A DNA stretch of 61,229 bases, filler included. It is 7 parts of 7 records of this genome, joined end to end, with 100 filler letters (N's around TTAATTAATTAA, not from the genome) between each part and the next. Parts side by side here need not be neighbours in the genome. Positions count along the whole stretch, not along the records: positions 54,282 to 61,229 come from SRR2962707_2103; 6 more parts are not named here. The stretch is one strand, 5' to 3'. Below the pieces are notes generated by a model, which was not told the origin of the DNA, made no database searches, and saw only the letters and a program-made list of their open reading frames with translations. Position numbers and translations under genes: made by a program. How positions within the stretch are numbered: the stretch's first letter is position 1; each line of letters opens with the position of its first letter. Below, piece by piece: positions 54,297 through 61,229 of this stretch.

Positions 54297-54406
54297 AGCG
54301 GAGCCGCGTTAGGCCTTTGCGGGACCCTGTCGAACACGGACGTTCGACCGGGAGCCTACACGGATGTATTCACGGCGTTCCCGCAAAGGCCTAACGTGGC
54401 TCCGCT
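54297..54406. repeat. 110-bp palindromic extragenic element (28-bp inverted arms with internal hairpins)
   Basis: AGCGGAGCCGCGTTAGGCCTTTGCGGGA versus TCCCGCAAAGGCCTAACGTGGCTCCGCT (27/28 match). Inner hairpins GTCGAAC-N6-GTTCGAC and TACA-CGGA-TGTA. Confidence 0.8.
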
Positions 54407-54459
54407 GTCCCTGCTGGGGCCCCCGGTTTTCCCTGAACCGCGATAAGCCTTTCCTGGCG

Positions 54460-55374
54460 TCAGACGTCCCGACGTTCATCCACTGGCACCCGGGGCGCTC
54501 CCGGTACCGGGTCCTGGTGAATGATTACCTCGGCGTTGGGAAACGCCTTGCGGATGTCCAGACGAATGCGCTCGCCAAGGGCGTGGGCATCAAGCAATGA
54601 CATGGTTTGGTCCATGTCCACATGCAGTTGAATAAACAAAGTGCGACCTGAAAGACGGGTACGCAGATCATGGAACCCCAGCGCGTCGGTATGGGCTCCG
54701 ACGATGGCGCCAATACGATCACGGGTATCCCCTTCCACCTCCCGGTCCAGCAACAGCTGGCTGGCCTCCCAGCCGATATGCCAGGCGGAACGCAGAACGA
54801 ACACCGCGATCAGCATCGCCACGATGCCATCCGCTTCCGGGAAACCGAACCCGGCGATCACCAGTGTGGCGATAATGCCCAGGTTCACCGCCAGATCGGA
54901 GAAGTAATGCAGGCTGTCCGCCTGGATCGCGGTGGAGCCGGTACGGCGGATCACGTGGCGCTGAAAAATCACCAGGGCGCCGGTCAGGACAATGGAAAAC
55001 ACCATCACGCCAATGCCCAGCCCCGTGGCTTCCAGCGGTTGCGGATCCAGCATTTTGAGGATTGCTTCCCGCCCCAGAAACACCGCCGAGCCCGCCACCA
55101 GTACCGCCTGGCCCAGCCCGGCCAACGCCTCCGCCTTGCCGTGCCCGAAACGGTGCTCCTTATCCGGCGGTACCAGCGAATAGCGAATGGCGGCGAAGTT
55201 GACCAGCGAGGCCAGCGAGTCCATCGCCGAATCCACCAGCGAGGCCAATAGGCTCACCGAGCCGGTGGCGCTCCAGGCCAGCGCCTTGACCACGATCAGC
55301 ACCATGGCCACGGCCACTGAAGCAGAGGCGGCAAGAAGCAGTAAACGATGGGAAGCGTGGGAATGATCGGTCAT
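54460..55374 (-). CDS. fieF: Cation diffusion facilitator transporter (FieF/YiiP-like)
   Basis: SLLASLVDSAMD, HRFGHGKAEAL, ADSLHYFSD, HDLRTR and IIHQDP motifs. Confidence 0.9.
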   Translation of the reverse strand: MTDHSHASHRLLLLAASASVAVAMVLIVVKALAWSATGSVSLLASLVDSAMDSLASLVNFAAIRYSLVPPDKEHRFGHGKAEALAGLGQAVLVAGSAVFLGREAILKMLDPQPLEATGLGIGVMVFSIVLTGALVIFQRHVIRRTGSTAIQADSLHYFSDLAVNLGIIATLVIAGFGFPEADGIVAMLIAVFVLRSAWHIGWEASQLLLDREVEGDTRDRIGAIVGAHTDALGFHDLRTRLSGRTLFIQLHVDMDQTMSLLDAHALGERIRLDIRKAFPNAEVIIHQDPVPGAPRVPVDERRDV

Positions 55375-56141
55375 GGTTTCTTCGGTAACAGAGGAAGCGG
55401 GTCCACCGGCTGTCCGTCCCGGCGGATCTCAAAATGCAATTGGGTGCGGAAGGTGCCACTGGACCCCATGGTGGCGATCTTTTGACCGGATTTCACCTGC
55501 TCCCCCTCCTTCACCAGTAAGTTATCGTTGTGAGCATAGGCGCTCAGCCAACGATCATTATGTTTGATGATCAGCAACTTGCCGTAGCCGGTCAGCCCCA
55601 CCCCTTTATACACCACCGTCCCGTCCGCCGCGGCCACCACCGACGCGCCGCGACGCCCGGCGATGGCGATACCGCGAGGGCCGCTGCCAGCGGAGGAAAA
55701 GCGCTGCACCAGCTCTCCATCCGCCGGCCAGCGCCAACGCACGTTGCTGACCACTTTCGGGGCCGCTGGAGGGGCCGGTTTAGCCACCGGTTTGACGACC
55801 GGCTTCGCCGCCGGTTTGCTGCTTGAGGCGGTACTGCGTGGACGGTTTTTTGGTGCCGGCGCGGCGCGGGAGGAAAAACGGATCACTTGTCCGGGGTAGA
55901 TGGTGTAAGGCGCCTTGATGCCATTGGCGCGCGCCAGTGACTTGTAGTCCCAGCCGTAGCGCCAGGCGATCGAATACAAGGTCTCGCCGCGAGCCACCTT
56001 ATGGCTGCCGGAAGTCACCGGCTGGGAGCGGGATGACTTGCCGTACAGGTCAACCACCGGCGGCGGATTGCTTACCGCGCACCCGCCCAACAGCAGTGCC
56101 ATAGCCATACAGAAGCTGAATATACGGACCCAAACGCGCAA
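55371..56141 (-). CDS. nlpD: Lipoprotein NlpD (LysM + M23 peptidase-like domain)
   Basis: TTG start gives MRVWVRIFSFCMAMALLLGGC lipobox; LysM GETLYSIAWRYG; GYGKLLIIKH, SAYAHN and LHFEIR motifs. Confidence 0.9.
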   Translation of the reverse strand: MRVWVRIFSFCMAMALLLGGCAVSNPPPVVDLYGKSSRSQPVTSGSHKVARGETLYSIAWRYGWDYKSLARANGIKAPYTIYPGQVIRFSSRAAPAPKNRPRSTASSSKPAAKPVVKPVAKPAPPAAPKVVSNVRWRWPADGELVQRFSSAGSGPRGIAIAGRRGASVVAAADGTVVYKGVGLTGYGKLLIIKHNDRWLSAYAHNDNLLVKEGEQVKSGQKIATMGSSGTFRTQLHFEIRRDGQPVDPLPLLPKKP

Positions 56142-56151
56142 GAACAGGCTC

Positions 56152-57075
56152 TCAGTCGGTGGTCTCCTTGGCGACATTATGCACAGGTGCGGCCAGGGAA
56201 AGTAGCCAGACCACGGCCATTCCCAATAAAGCAGCAAGCACCGCGATAAGAATTTGCGTCCCTTCGCCGGTGGCCTGCGCGTATTGATTGGGCGTCAGCC
56301 AGCGCTCTCCGAGGCCACTTTCGGCACCGAGGCGCCAGGGCCAGAGTTTGACCATCGAACCGGCCATGAAGCCGCCAAGCAGCGCCATTACTGTGTCGTG
56401 GTAACGGCCCAACAGCCACTTCAGCAAATGCACGAAGCTCAACAACCCCACCGCGCAGCCCCCCGCGAAAGCGGCAAGCAAAGACCACTGGCCGTCACGC
56501 ACCGCCTGCAGAACCGGCTCATAAAGCCCGAGTAAAAGAAGGATAAAACTGCCGGAAATGCCCGGCAGGATCATCGCGCAGATGGCCACGGCACCGCCCA
56601 GGAAAAATACCAGCGGGCCGGTGCCAGCGCCGTGTAGTCCCGGCGCCAGCGAAATCGCCACCGCCGCCAGAGTGCCGGTCAGGAAGGCGGCCCATTGAGA
56701 GGGGCCTCTTCGTACCAGCGGCTTGAGAATCATCGGAATACTGGCGGCGATCAAACCGGAGAAAAACGCCCACACTGGCACCGGATGGTGTTCCAGAAAC
56801 CAGGTGATCAAGCGTGCCAGCAAGGCGATGCTGGTAAGGATGCCCGCCAGCAGGGAGAACAGAAACGTGAAGTTGCCGGCGCGCCAGAAGGCGGCAAACC
56901 CCTGCCGTCGCCAGATCGTGAGCAGACCGGGACGAACCCCGCCCAGAGTGGCGATCAACTCCTCATAGATACCGGTGATCAGCGCCAGGGTGCCACCGGA
57001 AACGCCGGGCACCACGTCAGCCGCGCCCATGGCGATCCCCCGGCAGTAAATGCCGGGGCGAAACAAAGCGGTCAT
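56152..57075 (-). CDS. DUF368 family membrane protein (undecaprenyl-phosphate translocase family)
   Basis: MGAADVVPGVSGGTLALITGIY and AMILPGISGSFILLLLG re-entrant helix motifs; KLWPW. Confidence 0.92.
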   Translation of the reverse strand: MTALFRPGIYCRGIAMGAADVVPGVSGGTLALITGIYEELIATLGGVRPGLLTIWRRQGFAAFWRAGNFTFLFSLLAGILTSIALLARLITWFLEHHPVPVWAFFSGLIAASIPMILKPLVRRGPSQWAAFLTGTLAAVAISLAPGLHGAGTGPLVFFLGGAVAICAMILPGISGSFILLLLGLYEPVLQAVRDGQWSLLAAFAGGCAVGLLSFVHLLKWLLGRYHDTVMALLGGFMAGSMVKLWPWRLGAESGLGERWLTPNQYAQATGEGTQILIAVLAALLGMAVVWLLSLAAPVHNVAKETTD

Positions 57076-57731
57076 TGCACGCCTCTCTGAAAGGGCACGA
57101 AGCGCACCGGGTCCAACGCCCGCGACACCAACTCGTTACCATGCCGGTCCACCACGGTCAGCCGTTGTTGGCGATCCCCCACCGGCATCACCAGACGGCC
57201 ACCCTCGGCCAGCTGAGCAAGCAGTTCCTCGGGAATATCCGGGCGGGCGCAGGTCACCAGGATGCCATCGAACGGTGCCGCCGAGGACCAGCCGAAGCCG
57301 CCGTCGGCATGACGCAGCTGCACCCGATTGGCCAGTCCCAGCTCACGCAGCCGCAGCCGGGCGGCATCCTGCAAAGGGCGGATCCGCTCCACCGAACAAA
57401 CCTGGCGGGCGAAGGCGGCCAGTATCGCGGTCTGATAACCGCAGCCGGTGCCCACCTCCAGCACCTTCTCCGGAATCGCCTGCTCGATCAGCAGTTCGGT
57501 CATGCGTGCCACCACCCAGGGCTGGGAAATGGTCTGCCCGTGGCCGATGGGCAGGGCGGTATCGTCGTAGGCCTGATGGGACAGCGCTTCGTCCACGAAC
57601 AAATGCCGTGGCGTGGCGCGAATGGCTTCCAGTACCCGTTCATCGGTGATCCCCGATTCCCTCAGCCGGCTGATCAGCCGTTCCCGGGTACGCGCGGACG
57701 TCATGCCAATCCCACTTCGTCGGTCTGTCAT
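57072..57731 (-). CDS. pcm: Protein-L-isoaspartate O-methyltransferase
   Basis: AYDDTALPIGHGQTISQP, VLEVGTGCGYQ and VRFVP motifs. Confidence 0.96.
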   Translation of the reverse strand: MTDRRSGIGMTSARTRERLISRLRESGITDERVLEAIRATPRHLFVDEALSHQAYDDTALPIGHGQTISQPWVVARMTELLIEQAIPEKVLEVGTGCGYQTAILAAFARQVCSVERIRPLQDAARLRLRELGLANRVQLRHADGGFGWSSAAPFDGILVTCARPDIPEELLAQLAEGGRLVMPVGDRQQRLTVVDRHGNELVSRALDPVRFVPFQRGVQ

Positions 57732-57770
57732 GTTGCTAAAATCCCAATGGGGCCAGACGCCCCCCTGATA

Positions 57771-58853
57771 TCAAAGCCTTTCCCGCGAGCGCCGCTCCGG
57801 CCCGCGAGTCTCCAGCAACTCCGCCAGCACGGTGGTGGCGAAGGCCCCGGCCGGCAGGTGGAAAGATAAATGCAGGGTATCGTCCCTGCTGTCCCAGTCG
57901 AGGCCGGACACCGGCAGGCGGGTGGCGCGGCGGGCCGCATCGACGCCCTGCCCCGCCAATCCCTCGATGACCGCGGCCCAGGGGGCCAGCACGGTCTGTT
58001 CCAATACTTGGCAAGCGCCCGATGATGCCATGCCCCCGGCGCCGGGCAAAGGCCCGGTGGGATGAACTTCCCCGGCACTCAAGCGGGTTTCGGCGTCCGG
58101 TTCATCGGCGGCGGCGAATAATCCACGGCTGCCGTCCGGTTGCAAAAGGTCGCCGTCCAGCAGCCGGTCCCAGCAGCCACCACGCACCCGCTCCGCCAGC
58201 ACCGCATTAAACAGCCCCGAGCGCACCGCCGACAGCCACAGGCCGCGCAGGGTGCGTTTGCGAGGTGCCTCGCCCTCCCCGCTCAGCCACGCCAGTCCGC
58301 GCTGCCAGTTACTGTCGTCACGGCCAAAGCGCTGCTCACCGAAGTAGTTGGGCACGCCCAGGCGGGCGATCAGCGCCAGACGCTCCGCCAGCGCCGCCGG
58401 ATCCGCCTGGACCTGACGCAGACACAGTTGGAAAGCATTGGCGCGATGGGTGCCGCGATTCAACTTGCGCCGGTGGCGGCGAGCCTGCAACAACCTCAAC
58501 CCCGGCGGACAGTCCAGGTCAGGGTCCGGTTTGCCGGGTAGATGGAGACTGAACCACTGGCGGGTAATGGCCCGGCGGTCCTTAAGCCCGCTGTAGCCCA
58601 CCGAGAGACGATGAATGCCAGCCTGCCGGGCCAGCCACAACGCCACGTCCTCGGTATTCCAATCGGTTTTCTCGATCTCCAGCCAGAGGTGCTCGCCCTC
58701 TCCTTCCGGCGTCACTGTCATGATCTCGTCGACGCGAAAGTCAGCGAACTGCTCCCGCATCAGGGCACGCCCCAGCGGCGCGCCATGAGCCGGCGGCCGC
58801 GCCGGGGCGCCGACGGTGTTCAAAATGGCGCCATTCAACTCAGTCTCGTTCAA
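57771..58853 (-). CDS. truD: tRNA pseudouridine(13) synthase TruD
   Basis: [32 protein letters not shown] and LPAGAFAT motifs. Confidence 0.96.
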   Translation of the reverse strand: MNETELNGAILNTVGAPARPPAHGAPLGRALMREQFADFRVDEIMTVTPEGEGEHLWLEIEKTDWNTEDVALWLARQAGIHRLSVGYSGLKDRRAITRQWFSLHLPGKPDPDLDCPPGLRLLQARRHRRKLNRGTHRANAFQLCLRQVQADPAALAERLALIARLGVPNYFGEQRFGRDDSNWQRGLAWLSGEGEAPRKRTLRGLWLSAVRSGLFNAVLAERVRGGCWDRLLDGDLLQPDGSRGLFAAADEPDAETRLSAGEVHPTGPLPGAGGMASSGACQVLEQTVLAPWAAVIEGLAGQGVDAARRATRLPVSGLDWDSRDDTLHLSFHLPAGAFATTVLAELLETRGPERRSRERL

Positions 58854-59322
58854 GCAACACCACCGCCTGCACCGCTATACCTTCGCCCCGTCCGGTGAAG
58901 CCCAGCCGTTCCGTGGTGGTGGCTTTCACCGACACCGCGTCCAGCGCCAGCCCCATCAGGTCGGCGATACGTTCACGCATGGCCTGCACATGGGGAGCGA
59001 TCTTCGGCTGCTGGCAGATGATGGTCAGATCCAGATTCAGCGGCCGCCAGCCTCGCCCGGTGACATCCTTGAGCACCGCTTTCAGCAAGACGGCGGAGTC
59101 CGCGCCTTTCCAGCGCGGATCGGTGTCCGGAAAATAATGGCCGATGTCACCCAGCGCCAGGGCGCCGAGCAGCGCATCGCTGAGAGCGTGCAGCGCCACG
59201 TCGCCGTCGGAGTGAGCTTTCAGGCCACGCTCATGGGGAATGCGAATACCGCCGAGGACAACGTGATCGCCGTCATCACTGAAGGCGTGAACGTCGAAAC
59301 CCTGACCAATACGCAGGCTCAT
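58840..59322 (-). CDS. ispF: 2-C-methyl-D-erythritol 2,4-cyclodiphosphate synthase
   Basis: [15 protein letters not shown] and [10 protein letters not shown] motifs. Confidence 0.97.
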   Translation of the reverse strand: MSLRIGQGFDVHAFSDDGDHVVLGGIRIPHERGLKAHSDGDVALHALSDALLGALALGDIGHYFPDTDPRWKGADSAVLLKAVLKDVTGRGWRPLNLDLTIICQQPKIAPHVQAMRERIADLMGLALDAVSVKATTTERLGFTGRGEGIAVQAVVLLERD

Positions 59323-60038
59323 GATGACTCCTCCTGGCCGGAGTCCAGTCCCTGGCGGCGCAGATAAAAGCGCGCCAGTGGCAGATCTTCCGGTACCGTG
59401 ATCTTGATGTTGTCGGCGTTTCCGGCCACCAGACTGGGCCGCCAGCCACGCGCTTCCATGGCCGACGCTTCGTCGGTGATGGCGTCATCCGGCACCGCCA
59501 GCGCCTCGGCCAGGGCCGCGGCCGGGAACAGTTGCGGGGTCAGGGCCCGCCAGATCAGATTGCGATCCACGGTGGCATCGATGCATTGGCCAGGGCCCGC
59601 CCGCTTGATGGTATCCACCACCGGGCAGGCCAGGATTCCGCCCTGCTCTCCGACGCCCTCGATCAGCTTCTGGATATCCGACAGACGCACCAAAGGGCGC
59701 GCCATGTCATGCACCAGCGCCCAGGCATCCGGCGCCTGCTCCAGCACCGCCTGGAGCCCGGCGCGCACCGATTCGGCGCGACTGGCGCCACCGGTGACGG
59801 TGCGGATACGCGGATGATCATGGAGTGATAATCTTGACCACCAGGGGTCGCCCTCGGCCACCGCCACCACCACACCGGACAAAGGCGCGAACGCCAGCAG
59901 CCGCTGCAGGGTATGTTCCGCCAGGGTGCGCCCTTCCAGTGTCAGATATTGTTTGGGCAGGCTGGCGCCCATACGCGCGCCGACACCGGCGGCGGGCACC
60001 ACCGCGTACAAAGGAAAAGGCTTAACGCTTGTCGTCAC
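59319..60038 (-). CDS. ispD: 2-C-methyl-D-erythritol 4-phosphate cytidylyltransferase
   Basis: [25 protein letters not shown] and [10 protein letters not shown] motifs. Confidence 0.96.
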   Translation of the reverse strand: MTTSVKPFPLYAVVPAAGVGARMGASLPKQYLTLEGRTLAEHTLQRLLAFAPLSGVVVAVAEGDPWWSRLSLHDHPRIRTVTGGASRAESVRAGLQAVLEQAPDAWALVHDMARPLVRLSDIQKLIEGVGEQGGILACPVVDTIKRAGPGQCIDATVDRNLIWRALTPQLFPAAALAEALAVPDDAITDEASAMEARGWRPSLVAGNADNIKITVPEDLPLARFYLRRQGLDSGQEESS

Positions 60039-60336
60039 GGGGTGTGTCCGGTTCCAGGATCAGGAAGAAGGTCTCGCCATCACGGATCATGCCCAGATCC
60101 TTGCGTGCCAGCTCTTCCACCGCATCGCTGCCTTCCTTGAGATCACGGACGTCCGCCGCCATCAGGCGATTCCGTTCGCTAAGCGTCTGGTTTTGTTCGG
60201 AGAGCGCCTGAACCTCCTTTTTCAGGGTCGCCACATGGCGCAGGCTGCCCTCCCCGAACCACAGGCGCGCCTGCAGTACCACCAGCAGCAAAGCCAGAAC
60301 AGCGAGCATGACCTGGCGGGCCGGGGACAGTTTCAT
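60022..60336 (-). CDS. ftsB: Cell division protein FtsB
   Basis: TM segment plus LWFGEGS, coiled coil and EELARKDLGMIRDGETF; located between eno and ispD. Confidence 0.94.
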   Translation of the reverse strand: MKLSPARQVMLAVLALLLVVLQARLWFGEGSLRHVATLKKEVQALSEQNQTLSERNRLMAADVRDLKEGSDAVEELARKDLGMIRDGETFFLILEPDTPRDDKR

Positions 60337-60379
60337 GGGCAATCCTCATCACGGGCGGCCGCCGGCCGCCCGTCACTCC

Positions 60380-61229
<850 letters not shown>

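Noticed and set aside
59695-59720. IspD motif VHDMARP instead of the usual VHDAARP
   Set aside because: A single substitution at a non-invariant position; the H, D, R and P residues are retained.

Overview
This window is not one locus. It is seven contigs joined by artificial 100-bp spacers (N44-TTAATTAATTAA-N44) at 6354-6453, 12141-12240, 18239-18338, 27858-27957, 38935-39034 and 54182-54281. Contigs 1-4 (1-27857) are eukaryotic and protist-like, with GT-AG introns of mostly about 75-150 bp and microsatellites. They encode a BAR-SH3 protein, a secreted Cys-rich protein, a large possibly myristoylated LRR protein, a ~2050-aa membrane protein and a multi-PDZ protein. The most notable gene there is a bacterial-type CoA-acylating aldehyde dehydrogenase (SauS-like) carrying six spliceosomal introns and a possible mitochondrial presequence. 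Contigs 5 and 7 look like a GC-rich gammaproteobacterium (Alcanivorax-like by inference). Contig 5 holds tRNA-Glu, GST, DUF2157/GDYXXLXY, RimK-like, PQQ-type dehydrogenase, ccmABCDE, CYTH, a guanidine-II riboswitch with sugE, and metR/metE. Contig 7 holds eno-ftsB-ispD-ispF-truD-pcm-DUF368-nlpD-fieF. Contig 6 looks like a lower-GC gammaproteobacterium (Marinobacter-like by inference) with queF, cyaB, a nitroreductase and a sigma-54 flgB-L operon. All family and taxon assignments come from motif recognition and recall; no searches were run.
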